In this document: positions 28,393 to 37,595 of the stretch, one piece after another | Layout: the number at the start of each line of letters is the position of its first letter | How positions within the stretch are numbered: position 1 is the first letter of the stretch | DNA from: a virus | Taxonomy: Duplodnaviria; Caudoviricetes | Length of the DNA: 62,013 bases | Direction: 5' to 3' (one strand) | Virus record (IMG/VR): IMGVR_UViG_3300026863_000036 | Span: 1-62,013 of that record | Notes under the pieces: generated by a model | What the model was told of the DNA's origin: nothing | Database searches by the model: none | Seen by the model: only the letters and a program-made list of their open reading frames with translations | Made by a program: the position numbers and the translations under genes

Positions 28393-29002
28393 GCTGCACC
28401 GCGCCGGCCACCATCACGATGCCCATCGCTGCAAGGCCTTCAGCGCGTAGGCGGCCAAGCGCTTCTTCCATATGAAAGCCCGACGTCGAGATGTCATCGA
28501 CGACGAGCACGGGGCCGTCGGGACGACGCACCATGTCCAGCGGTGGGATGTCCCGGAACTCTTTGGGGTGCGAACCGCCTGTGAGATAACGGGGAGCGAA
28601 GGCGCCGACCAGGGCGATGCCTGTCATCTCTGCCAGCGCGCTGGCTATCCTGAACGAGAGGCAGTCCGGCCGCCGCGAGTGGCCGCAGGCGATTGGCACC
28701 ACGCTGCGGAACAGTAAGGCCGGGTCGCCAACCATCAGGCTCAGTAGATCGCGCATCTCGTTGACGATATCGCTGATGCCGGCCTCAGGCAGCTCGAGCT
28801 TGAACTGCTTGAACGCCTCTAGGTCGGCTTTCTTCGTCGCAACGGACCATGACCGGCAGACCAGATACTGCACGCCATTGCGGGAGCGAAGGGCAGGGCG
28901 AACGACCGTACCGGCGAGGTAGTAGCGAGATGGCTTCGGCTTCGGCGCAACTGGTTCTGGTGGCGGTGCCGCGCGAAGGGACAGGCCCTTTAGGTCGAGC
29001 AC
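28379..29002 (-). CDS. Type I phosphoribosyltransferase (ComF-like)
   Basis: PRPP-binding loop VLVVDDISTSG. Confidence 0.8.
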   Translation of the reverse strand: MLDLKGLSLRAAPPPEPVAPKPKPSRYYLAGTVVRPALRSRNGVQYLVCRSWSVATKKADLEAFKQFKLELPEAGISDIVNEMRDLLSLMVGDPALLFRSVVPIACGHSRRPDCLSFRIASALAEMTGIALVGAFAPRYLTGGSHPKEFRDIPPLDMVRRPDGPVLVVDDISTSGFHMEEALGRLRAEGLAAMGIVMVAGAVQPKAA

Positions 29003-29181
29003 GGTCTTTTATAGACCGCAAACGGGGTGACGGCGTTGAGGTCGATCATCATGTACTCGTCGACGAAACCGAGCCTGCTTGTCGGTCAGGTTGCTCATTC
29101 CACGCCTCCGGCCTTTTACTGGAGTTGGAATGCGCGAACCAACTGACCATATTCTTTGTGTCAACCAACAGGAGATCGCCC

Positions 29182-29454
29182 GTGAAGCTGTTCCCAGATC
29201 CCAACCACCCGGAATTCGCTCTTATTCAGCTATTTCGAACCGAGCCCGGCGATCTGGGGATCCCCGATGTTCCTTGGATCCCGCAAGAGCGGTCATCCCT
29301 TGATGACGTCGCCATCGAGCGCCTGGCGTCCTATCACAGGGACGCCTCGAGGCCGTCGCGGTCGAAGCCGACGCAATCCTACGCGCTCGACCGTCATGAC
29401 AACGTCGTGGCCGAATATCGGATGATGCCAACGGGGGCGGTGCGCGTACGGTGA
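29182..29454 (+). CDS. Hypothetical moron protein
   Basis: GTG start with AGGAG RBS. Confidence 0.5.
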   Translation: MKLFPDPNHPEFALIQLFRTEPGDLGIPDVPWIPQERSSLDDVAIERLASYHRDASRPSRSKPTQSYALDRHDNVVAEYRMMPTGAVRVR

Positions 29455-29457
29455 GTG

Positions 29458-29546
29458 GGCATAGCTTCGCTTTACGCGGGGAGTGCCCTCTCCCCCGGAT
29501 CGGTAGCGCCTCAGCATCGTGGCTGGCGTCTGATCACCGGTCGTCC
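29458..29546 (-). repeat. ~90-bp structured element, copy B (candidate late-leader RNA)
   Basis: About 90% identical to 2471..2561; foldable hairpins. Confidence 0.85.
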
Positions 29547-29598
29547 GTGTGGTATTTGGGTACTCTGATACCGCTGATTTGGCAAGCGTTCAACCAAG

Positions 29599-29973
29599 CT
29601 ATTCTGCCCGCATGCACGGGGAAAGGACCGCATTAAAAACCAGAACGTTCGCCGACCAGTTCCACTTGTCAGGGTTGTCGCTGAGATATTTGCGAACAAT
29701 CGCCCCTTGTTGGACAACGCTTCGGCCATCGATGCATGGGTACGCCCTGTCGATGCACTCGGCTGTTCCGCCCAACAACCCAGCGGCCATCATCGCGTCG
29801 AGAACGCCAGCGACGTAATTCTCGAGGTAGACCTGATCTGCCTTTGCGAACGTCTCACCGGTAGCGTAGCCGCTACGAAAGTAGACGGACTCACCGGTCA
29901 CGTCGCAAGCGGGAGCCGATGATGAGAATATGCATGCTAAGGCGCCGATTACTGAAACAGACAACAGTCTCAC
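29599..29973 (-). CDS. Rap1a/Tai-like exported immunity-family protein
   Basis: Signal peptide; YVAGVLDA...C...IVRKYLSDNPDKWNWSA. Confidence 0.65.
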   Translation of the reverse strand: MRLLSVSVIGALACIFSSSAPACDVTGESVYFRSGYATGETFAKADQVYLENYVAGVLDAMMAAGLLGGTAECIDRAYPCIDGRSVVQQGAIVRKYLSDNPDKWNWSANVLVFNAVLSPCMRAE

Positions 29974-30025
29974 GAAAGCCCCCTCTTCATTGAGCGGGGC
30001 ATAGTGCTCTTGCTCTCTATCGGAG

Positions 30026-30634
30026 TCACGCCGCCGCTAACCGCTCGAGCGGGACGCGCACCGCCATATCGATGCCGAACATCGACATCAGCACTTTTGC
30101 GATTTCGCCGTCGATCTCGGCGATCGTCACGACCTTGCCGACGAAGCCGCCCTCGTCGAACTCCTCCTGTCCCCGCGTGTACCGCTTCCACCGGCCGACC
30201 CGCACTTCCATGCCGACCTCGAGCTGCTGGTCCTCGACCTCCTCGATGACGCTCGTTGGGGGCAACTGGTACAGCCCGGTGCCGTATCGCATCTGCTGCC
30301 GGAAGATCTCGGGCGCCCCGATCGGCGTGGGCATGCCGTCGCTGGTCACGGAGACAACGCCGGAGAGTAGCGGCTCCAACTTCGGATCCTCGAATAGAGA
30401 GCGCCAGGCTGGCTGAGCGGTAGGAAAGCCCGTCATGAGGTAGCTGCCGAGCTGCGCCTGGGGAAACCGCCGAACTGACTTGCAGTGGCGCGAACCACGC
30501 CGGCGCGAGCGCCAGTCGTAGGGCAGGGCGGTGACCAGCCCTCGATCCTGCAGAACCGACGCGGCCTTGAACACGCGGTTGGGCCGCGCGACGAGCAGGT
30601 ACCAGTGATGTGCTGAGATGTTGATGTCCGACAA
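30026..30634 (-). CDS. NusG-family antiterminator (putative late regulator)
   Basis: NGN-like WYLLVARPNRVFKAA; KOW-like EVGMEVRV...GGFVG...AKVLMSMFG. Confidence 0.8.
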   Translation of the reverse strand: MSDINISAHHWYLLVARPNRVFKAASVLQDRGLVTALPYDWRSRRRGSRHCKSVRRFPQAQLGSYLMTGFPTAQPAWRSLFEDPKLEPLLSGVVSVTSDGMPTPIGAPEIFRQQMRYGTGLYQLPPTSVIEEVEDQQLEVGMEVRVGRWKRYTRGQEEFDEGGFVGKVVTIAEIDGEIAKVLMSMFGIDMAVRVPLERLAAA

Positions 30635-30716
30635 AGTGCAGCCCCCATGGTGAGGGCCGGAGCGTTCGGAGCGACAACGGTATTATGTTACCGCGATTTG
30701 CGGCGACGGTCTAGGA

Positions 30717-31682
30717 TCATCCCTCGAGTTTCGGGGTGTTCCTCTTCGGAAGAAAGTTCGCGCTCGACACCACACTTCGGCCGGTCTGGCCTTCGATGCT
30801 CCGACGTGCGTTCCCGGCAATGTCGCCTCCGGCTCGCGCGGCATTCTTGTTCTGATCAAACCCTTGAGCGTCTCGAATTTGCGCGATTTCCTTTGTGGAC
30901 TTCTCCGCCAACTGCGTGAGGATCAGTTCAAGATCGGTCATATGATCGCGAAGGTTGTGGCTTCTGCTCAGCCGCTTTATCTCTTTGTGCTCCGTGGGCT
31001 TCACGCCGAAGGTCCGCGTTGACAACACCGTCGTCAAGATCGCGAATTCGACGTCCTCAGTGACGCCGCGCTTCTGCCATTCGTTCGTCAGTTCCTTCCG
31101 GACCATGATCGATCGAATGCGTTGTTCGATCCAGTCCATGGGACGACCCTGGAGCTGGTACTCCATGATCGCGCGCTTGATCGCGATCTCCGGGTCCTGA
31201 ATCTCCTGGATGCGCTCGTAGGCGACTTTGGCAAGCCAACGCTTAAAAGGCTCGGCCTTCGGCGAGGGCACAGACTGCAGGATGCGGAACAAAGTCTCCG
31301 CATTACACGCGTCGGTCTCTCTCCGTTTTCCGTCATCCGCTTCGAGAGGCAACTGTACGATTTCCTCGTACAGTTCGGCGAACCCCTCGTCTCGGTGCAT
31401 CTTGGCCTTGAGATCGGACCAGTATCGCCTCGGGTTCGTCGAGTCGGTGAGCGCGCCGATCACATCGACGATCGAGAAATGCCACTCGCTGCGGTGGAAG
31501 ACCTTGCGGATACGAGCGCCTTTGAAATCCGCAAGAACTGCATCACCGTCATGGACCACAGCCGCAACTATGCTGGATCGATCACGCAGCAGTTCCTCCG
31601 TTGTTGCGCTGGCGAAGCGCCGTAGCGCCTCGTCAACGGGAGTGTCGACGCCAAGCTCTTTGCCAATTTTCTTCTCGTCCAC
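30717..31682 (-). CDS. Bro-N domain protein
   Basis: WHFSIVDVIGALT..NPRRYWSDLK, QSVPSPKAEPFKRWLA, LRDHMTDLE. Confidence 0.85.
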   Translation of the reverse strand: MDEKKIGKELGVDTPVDEALRRFASATTEELLRDRSSIVAAVVHDGDAVLADFKGARIRKVFHRSEWHFSIVDVIGALTDSTNPRRYWSDLKAKMHRDEGFAELYEEIVQLPLEADDGKRRETDACNAETLFRILQSVPSPKAEPFKRWLAKVAYERIQEIQDPEIAIKRAIMEYQLQGRPMDWIEQRIRSIMVRKELTNEWQKRGVTEDVEFAILTTVLSTRTFGVKPTEHKEIKRLSRSHNLRDHMTDLELILTQLAEKSTKEIAQIRDAQGFDQNKNAARAGGDIAGNARRSIEGQTGRSVVSSANFLPKRNTPKLEG

Positions 31683-31717
31683 GACTCGACCTCCTTTTCG
31701 CCCATCGGAGATCATAC

Positions 31718-31732
31718 GTTCCCACTATGTTC
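31718..31732. promoter_or_regulatory. LexA (SOS) box
   Basis: GTTC-CCACTAT-GTTC about 35 bp upstream of the Bro-N gene. Confidence 0.75.
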
Positions 31733-31754
31733 CGAGTCTAGCGTAGCGGGTCGA

Positions 31755-31940
31755 TCAAGCGCGCGGCAGTCGGAGCGTGCACGATGTACAGCCGCCGCTG
31801 AGCTTCCCGATCACTTGCTCTTTCCACCAGTTGAAGGTGTGGTCGCCGCACTTCGGGCAATCGATCGTACCGGACTGCCCCGGTTGCGGGTCAAGCTTGG
31901 CTACATTGACCAGGGCCTGCATGGCGGGTGGCACCTTCAT
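31755..31940 (-). CDS. Small zinc-finger protein
   Basis: CPKC...CTSC. Confidence 0.55.
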   Translation of the reverse strand: MKVPPAMQALVNVAKLDPQPGQSGTIDCPKCGDHTFNWWKEQVIGKLSGGCTSCTLRLPRA

Positions 31941-31998
31941 ATGTCGACGACGGCCGGCACGTAGCCGACCGTCCCTTCGTTCATCGTGGTGCTCATGA

Positions 31999-33393
31999 TC
32001 AGGCCGCCTTTGCAGCAGCAGCGGCACGGTCGATCGCCGCCCCGGAACTGATGCCCGCAATGTTGGTCACTGCCTTGTTGGTCATGTCGCGCGCAATCCA
32101 GACCAAGGCTGCAACGCGATCGAGGCCGGTGTTCCTGCTACCGTCCGCGAACGTGAAGCTGTCGAGGTTCATGACTTGGTCGGCGATGCTTTCGATCAGG
32201 TGATCCAGATGCGAGATATCGCTTTCGAGGTCGTTGATGTCGTAATCGTCAGCGCCCAGGTTCGACGAAGGCTCGGCGATGGCGGTGGCGGTTGCAGTGC
32301 GGGCCGGCGCGCCGAAGGTGCCCTGCTGCCCGATGCCGGTGGTGATCAGTTCACGGATGGTCTGGAGGGTCTCGCCATTACGCCAAGCCTGCTCGACCAG
32401 CACTGAAGTGCGCTCATAGGCGTCGTCGCGGTCTGCAGGCTCCGCTGCCATGATCGCCTCAATGACGCGGTCATGCTGGCAGTCGAACCACTCCATTATC
32501 CGGTAGGCCATATGGCCGTTGGCGGTGTGATCCCATCCACCTTCAGAAAGCTTGACCCGGAAGTGCCCCAACTCGGAGAACTCCGAATTGGCGTTGCCGA
32601 ACTTCGTCAGGTTGCCGGCGAGGCTGCTCAGCTCGTCGATGCTGAACCCCGCGAGATCGAGGTCGCCAAGGTACAACCCGGAGTGCTGGCGTGCCACCCG
32701 CTCAGCCGTCTTGGCCAAGGTGATCGCGCGCCGCTCGTGGAAACTGAACTTGGTAGCGTCGTGCTCATCGAGTTCGCCTAAGCCCGTCACGTCGAATGCA
32801 TCGGTCATGGCAATGCGCGACTGGATCGCGAGACCGATCGAGGTGTTTGCCGGGATGGTGAAAATGGCCGCTTCGAGCAGGTAGACCATCATCGTCTCGT
32901 ACTGCCATACCTCGCGGGCCGCCCTGTAGCCTGTTTCCTCCCCGAGCTTTTCGCGCGCCGCGCTAGCTGCCGCCCTTTGGGGGTGAGGAATGTCGCGGCC
33001 GCCCGGCCCATCCCAGACGCCTGCCTCCTTGCACGCAGCCGACCATTCGTCGTGCTTCAGGTTCGCCGCCGGCTCTAGCTCGGTCGCACGAGCCTGGTGA
33101 TGCCCAATTCGGTCGTTGAGGGCGACGATGGTTCTGTCGCGAGGGTCGCCGCTACAGGTGGTGAAATCGGGCAGAAGGTAGTCGACACGCGAGAACGGCA
33201 GCCAGTGCGGCCAACCGTCGACCTTGAATGCGCTATCGCTGACTTCGGACACGACGTAGCTATCTGGTTTCAACGCTTCGTCGTCTACCACTTCGGTTGG
33301 GTAGACCATGGCGCCGACCCATGGCTTTGCGTTGGCGGGGCGAATTGTGCTATTGAAATGCGCGTTCATCAGATTGTTCCTTCCACGGATCAT
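31999..33393 (-). CDS. Hypothetical protein (464 aa)
   Basis: Long acidic ORF coupled to the Arc-like gene. Confidence 0.7.
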   Translation of the reverse strand: MIRGRNNLMNAHFNSTIRPANAKPWVGAMVYPTEVVDDEALKPDSYVVSEVSDSAFKVDGWPHWLPFSRVDYLLPDFTTCSGDPRDRTIVALNDRIGHHQARATELEPAANLKHDEWSAACKEAGVWDGPGGRDIPHPQRAAASAAREKLGEETGYRAAREVWQYETMMVYLLEAAIFTIPANTSIGLAIQSRIAMTDAFDVTGLGELDEHDATKFSFHERRAITLAKTAERVARQHSGLYLGDLDLAGFSIDELSSLAGNLTKFGNANSEFSELGHFRVKLSEGGWDHTANGHMAYRIMEWFDCQHDRVIEAIMAAEPADRDDAYERTSVLVEQAWRNGETLQTIRELITTGIGQQGTFGAPARTATATAIAEPSSNLGADDYDINDLESDISHLDHLIESIADQVMNLDSFTFADGSRNTGLDRVAALVWIARDMTNKAVTNIAGISSGAAIDRAAAAAKAA

Positions 33394-33584
33394 TTGGTGG
33401 CTTCAGAGCGGTCGACCGTTGGCGCGGTCGGCCGTTCGTTTTTTTCAGTGTCCCGCCGATGGCGGACAGACCGGATCAGTTCAGCATTCTGGGACGTGGC
33501 ATTCATGGCCGACACCTCGGTAAGGTAGCTGGCCACATCGGGGGGCAAACGGGCGGTAAGGCGTTGCCAATCCTTCTGAGACAT
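33390..33584 (-). CDS. Arc-family ribbon-helix-helix regulator
   Basis: RLTARLPPDV...SQNAELIR. Confidence 0.75.
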   Translation of the reverse strand: MSQKDWQRLTARLPPDVASYLTEVSAMNATSQNAELIRSVRHRRDTEKNERPTAPTVDRSEATK

Positions 33585-33601
33585 TCTAGACCTCCGTTCG
33601 T

Positions 33602-33660
33602 GACACCAAACTAGTGCGACACCAGTTTGGTGTCAAATATCGTGACACTATTTTGGTGCA
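33602..33660. promoter_or_regulatory. Three palindromic operators between divergent Arc genes
   Basis: GACACCA-AAC-TAGTG, GACACCA-GTT-TGGTGTC, GACACTA-TTT-TGGTG. Confidence 0.75.
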
Positions 33661-33664
33661 AAAA

Positions 33665-34114
33665 GTGGCGAAGCAAGACGACTGGACCCGCATCACTTTG
33701 CGGTTGCCACCTGACCTACACGCCAATCTGGTGGCCGCGGCCGGCGGATTGAGCCTCAACACCGAGATCGTGCGACGCCTGTACGTCTCTTTCTCGGAGA
33801 CGGCCGTCTCGGTAGCCGAGGCTAAGGCTGAGTTCGGCGATGAACGTCGTTGGATGTGGGGCATCGTTGAACGGGCAGTCAGCGGGCGCATCTCCCCCGA
33901 ACAGATCGAATTGCTACAACCACTTTTCCCTGACCGTCGTGCCCAGCGACAGGGGAAGCAAAGCAGCGTGTCGCTCGAGCAACTGATCGAGCACGGCCGC
34001 GTACTGCTGGAGCAAGGGGAAACGAGCCCCGATCCGGAAACAGTCTTCGCTTGGTCAGTGCTGGTCGCGATGGCGGCCGCCGACCGAGTGGTCAAAGACG
34101 AAACGACAACCTGA
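33665..34114 (+). CDS. Arc/Mnt-family DNA-binding protein
   Basis: RITLRLPPDLH...SLNTEIVRRL. Confidence 0.75.
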   Translation: MAKQDDWTRITLRLPPDLHANLVAAAGGLSLNTEIVRRLYVSFSETAVSVAEAKAEFGDERRWMWGIVERAVSGRISPEQIELLQPLFPDRRAQRQGKQSSVSLEQLIEHGRVLLEQGETSPDPETVFAWSVLVAMAAADRVVKDETTT

Positions 34115-34175
34115 GCCAGCCCTCTCGCGCATGCAGCGCGTAGCGCGTCACAGGCATGCATATGCGCGAGGGGGA

Positions 34176-35117
34176 TCATGCTCCCTGATCCTGGCGCTGG
34201 CGGAGCACGTCGTTCCAGTCGGTGGCCAAGTCGGGCGGGACGGTGACCTGCACCGTGCGGGTCTTGTCGCGACTGAGCCGTTTGCCCAAGGCAAAGGCGG
34301 CCGCCTGCCCAACGCAGTTCAGATCGGCATCGCCGAACACCACGATTTCGTTCACGCCCTCCGGCGGTTGCCACGCCTCGAGGCGGTTCTCATTGAGCGC
34401 GGCCCACACCGGCAGGTTGAACAAGCGAGCGGCTGCCAGCGCGGTTTCAATGCCCTCGGCGATGCCGAGCACCTTGTCGTGATGGGCTAGGCGTATGGCG
34501 CCCCCGTCGGGCAGGGCGCCCGTGTTCCACCTATCCGGGTCCAGCCCTGCCTTTTGCCCGTCTAGGGTCAGGAACGTGCGCTGCACACCCGCCAGGTCGC
34601 CGTGCACGTCCACATAGGCCGAGACCAGCGCCGGGTAAGTCGTGCCGCTGAACGGGGTCGCCGGGATGAACTTCAGAGCTCGGGTTGGCTGATAGGTCCC
34701 GACACGATTCCGAAGGTACAGATCCACGGGGTCGCCGGCGGTGATGCGCTTGCCCGACCGCCAGAACGCCTGCGCTTCGGCGAACTTCTCCGCCGCGTCC
34801 TTCTGCGGCTTGACGGGCTGTGGCGGTGCTGGGTCGGTCCCGATGATCTTCTCAACCTCGGCGGCCATCTGTGCGAATGCCCAGCCCCGTAGGTCCATCA
34901 CCAGCTGCATGCCGGTGCGCGCGCCGCATTGGCCGCAGATCGAGGTGCCTTGCCCCTGCAAGTCGTCGAATCGCCAACGATCTTTACCGCCGCAGATGGG
35001 GCAGGGGTGGTGCTTCCCGTCGAGATGCCGGTTGTCGACGCCGAACTGGGGCAGAATGGTCTGCCAGTGCCCTTGGGCGCGGTCCTTCAATGGGGTGCGG
35101 TCATGCTGCATTTGCAC
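34176..35117 (-). CDS. Primase (Zn-finger + TOPRIM)
   Basis: CPICGGKDRWRFDD, IAEGIETAL, FGDAD, DWND. Confidence 0.9.
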   Translation of the reverse strand: MQMQHDRTPLKDRAQGHWQTILPQFGVDNRHLDGKHHPCPICGGKDRWRFDDLQGQGTSICGQCGARTGMQLVMDLRGWAFAQMAAEVEKIIGTDPAPPQPVKPQKDAAEKFAEAQAFWRSGKRITAGDPVDLYLRNRVGTYQPTRALKFIPATPFSGTTYPALVSAYVDVHGDLAGVQRTFLTLDGQKAGLDPDRWNTGALPDGGAIRLAHHDKVLGIAEGIETALAAARLFNLPVWAALNENRLEAWQPPEGVNEIVVFGDADLNCVGQAAAFALGKRLSRDKTRTVQVTVPPDLATDWNDVLRQRQDQGA

Positions 35118-36576
35118 GCTCCCGCTTTTCCATGCCCTTGGCGAACGCGATGGCCTTGGCCTTCACGTAGTTGCGGCAGAACACGTCGGGCTCCATCGGT
35201 CTCGCCGAGAGCCCGCGCGGCCAGACGCCGAACCGATCCTTATAGGTGTGGGAGGCCCAGCCTTCGGACTTGCCCCTCTGCTGCACATACCAAAGCAGAC
35301 CAGACCAGAAGCGCTGTTTCTCCGCCTGGGTGTAGCTCCGCCCCTTCCCGCCCAGCTGGTGCAGCTCGCCGTCGACCGTATCGACAGCCTTGCGTAGCAC
35401 TGGTTCGAATCCGCACGCGGGGCATTTGTGGACGCCGGCCGGCTTCACGTAGCTGCAACCGGCTGCGGGGCACTCGGTCGGCAGCTTCTGCTTGCTTTGC
35501 GGCCTCGTGCTCGAACCTTCTTCCGGCTTCCCGGTATCCAGATGCTCGTGGTGAATGTCGGTCACGAAGCCAAGCTTCAGCGTCGTGTCGGAGTGGTCGA
35601 GGATCAGCGCGTCTTCTTTGCCGGCGGCGGTGCGCAGCGCCCGGCCCACGATCTGGACGAACAACTTTTCCGACTTGGTCGGCCTTGCCAGGATCAGGCA
35701 GCGGACGTCCCAGTCGATGCCGCGCGTCAGCACCCCGACGTTCACCACCACCTTGATGCGGCCCGCGTTGAAGGCCTGGCCTATCTTGTTTCGGTCTTCG
35801 CGCTCGGTGAAGGCGTCGATGTACCCCGTCGTGATGCCAGCGTGCTGGAATTCTGCCTCGAGCGATCGGGCGTGCGCCCGGTTGACCGCGAAACAGAAGG
35901 TTGGCCGGTTCTCACCGATCCGCATCCAGGTTGAGACCACGTCGGCAACCAGCTGCGGCTTATCCATCGCCGCTGCGAGCTCGCCCTCGTGGTAGTCCCC
36001 ACCGACGGTGTGAACACCCTTCAGGTCGGGGTGGGCCGGGGCGAAGACGCGGAACTTCGACAGGTAGCCGCGTTCGATCAGGTCTTTCGTGGTTGCGGCA
36101 ATCAGCAGGTCGTCGTAGTGGCGGCCGAGACCCTTCGACCAGGGTGTTGCCGACAGCCCGATGAAGGGGATCGACTGGCGCTCAGCCATCCACCGGAAGA
36201 TGACTTTGTGCATCTCGTGCGCCTCGTCGTTGAGCACGAGGTCGACCCACGGGAATTGTCGCTTCACCAAGCTCTGGACGCTGCAGACCTGCACGGGCTT
36301 GGTGTGGTCGGTCAGCGGGTGGTCGGCCTGCATGACGCCGATCTCGGTGATGCCCTCGGCGCCGAACTCTTCCACTGTCTGGTCGATGAGAGAGATCGAG
36401 GGCACCGTGAAGGCGACCTTCTTGCCCTTGTTCAGGGCGTTGCGGATGATCTGGGCGGCGGTAAGGGTCTTGCCGAAACCGGTAGGCGCCATCAGCATCG
36501 GCCGGGTGTGGCCGGTCTTCAGCGAGGCGCGCAGTAGGTCGATGGCGGCGTGCTGGTGGTCGTAAAGCTGGCGCAT
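35101..36576 (-). CDS. SF2 DEAH helicase
   Basis: PTGFGKT, DEAH, LSATP, QIVGRALR, C-terminal Zn ribbon. Confidence 0.92.
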   Translation of the reverse strand: MRQLYDHQHAAIDLLRASLKTGHTRPMLMAPTGFGKTLTAAQIIRNALNKGKKVAFTVPSISLIDQTVEEFGAEGITEIGVMQADHPLTDHTKPVQVCSVQSLVKRQFPWVDLVLNDEAHEMHKVIFRWMAERQSIPFIGLSATPWSKGLGRHYDDLLIAATTKDLIERGYLSKFRVFAPAHPDLKGVHTVGGDYHEGELAAAMDKPQLVADVVSTWMRIGENRPTFCFAVNRAHARSLEAEFQHAGITTGYIDAFTEREDRNKIGQAFNAGRIKVVVNVGVLTRGIDWDVRCLILARPTKSEKLFVQIVGRALRTAAGKEDALILDHSDTTLKLGFVTDIHHEHLDTGKPEEGSSTRPQSKQKLPTECPAAGCSYVKPAGVHKCPACGFEPVLRKAVDTVDGELHQLGGKGRSYTQAEKQRFWSGLLWYVQQRGKSEGWASHTYKDRFGVWPRGLSARPMEPDVFCRNYVKAKAIAFAKGMEKRERANAA

Positions 36577-37064
36577 CAGCTGTCGCCTCCGACCACGAGG
36601 CGGAGGTTCGGACGCTTGGCAGCCCCTAGTGCCCTATTACTTCTACCGTGACCCCTTCTTGGTACAGAGACTGTGGTTGTAGAGAACTCCTTATCCTTCG
36701 TAAATTTTACTAGGGGGTCTCGTAAAATTTGCGAGGGGGGTGCCAGCTGTTTTCTCAGTGCGCGAACAGCACTCTTTTCGACCACCAAAGACGGCGCATC
36801 GAGCCGCAGCACGATCTCATCTGAGGTGCGCCCCTCCTTCGCCGTGAACCGCGCGCGGCGGTAGATTAGCCCAAAGTGCTGAAGGGCTTTGAGGGCAGAG
36901 AACACGGTTTTTGCCGAGAGCTTCGTCCTGTCGGCCATGGTCTGCTGCGAGGGAAACAGTGGGGAGCCGACGAAGTGCATGCGAGCCAATGTCTCGAGCA
37001 CGAGGGACAGCGTCCGATCCTCGATCTGCAGCTTCCTGAACCACTTGAGGGCGGCAGCGCTCAT
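36576..37064 (-). CDS. HTH-domain replication-region protein
   Basis: FPSQQTMADRTKLSAKTVFSALKAL. Confidence 0.7.
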   Translation of the reverse strand: MSAAALKWFRKLQIEDRTLSLVLETLARMHFVGSPLFPSQQTMADRTKLSAKTVFSALKALQHFGLIYRRARFTAKEGRTSDEIVLRLDAPSLVVEKSAVRALRKQLAPPSQILRDPLVKFTKDKEFSTTTVSVPRRGHGRSNRALGAAKRPNLRLVVGGDS

Positions 37065-37258
37065 AGCTCCAGCCCCCGGAAGTACCGGCTCATCCGCTTT
37101 GCGTAAGCATCGGCGTCTTCGCGACTTGGCATTTTCGCGACCCATTTCGTGGGGTCGCGGCGCTGGCTGACCACAAAAGGGTGACGGCGCTGCCGGCGAT
37201 CGGGATTGGCCCTGACCACGTAGAGAGGTTGGTTGTCGTTCACGGCTTGCGGCGTCAT
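37061..37258 (-). CDS. Hypothetical protein
   Basis: Overlap-coupled early gene. Confidence 0.55.
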   Translation of the reverse strand: MTPQAVNDNQPLYVVRANPDRRQRRHPFVVSQRRDPTKWVAKMPSREDADAYAKRMSRYFRGLEL

Positions 37259-37515
37259 GCGCACCGCCTCACGTCGTGCTGATCCAACCCGATGGTGAGG
37301 GCGAAGCCGTTCCACGCCTTCACCAGTTCGAGCGCGTGCGGCAGGTTGGGTTCAGCTTCGTTTGCCCGAAAGGCGACCCGGTAGGCGTTGAAGGCCGCTC
37401 GTTGCGGCTCGTCCTGCAGGTTGATGACCTCAGCAGTGCCGAGGATTTGTTCTAGTCGTCCGCCTTCGACAGCGGACATGGCTTCGCCATCGGCGATCAA
37501 GCGTCGCAATTTCAT
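37255..37515 (-). CDS. Hypothetical protein
   Basis: GGAG RBS, early operon. Confidence 0.55.
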   Translation of the reverse strand: MKLRRLIADGEAMSAVEGGRLEQILGTAEVINLQDEPQRAAFNAYRVAFRANEAEPNLPHALELVKAWNGFALTIGLDQHDVRRCA

Positions 37516-37595
37516 CTCCGATCATGAAGTTCTGGCCGGAGCTGAGGTGTTGTCGCCCCGAACGCCCCGGCCCAGCGGCGCCGCGCCGCTATTCG

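Noticed and set aside
29499-29510. RfaH ops-like sequence ATCGGTAGCGCC inside the repeat
   Set aside because: Only a partial match, and on the strand opposite late transcription
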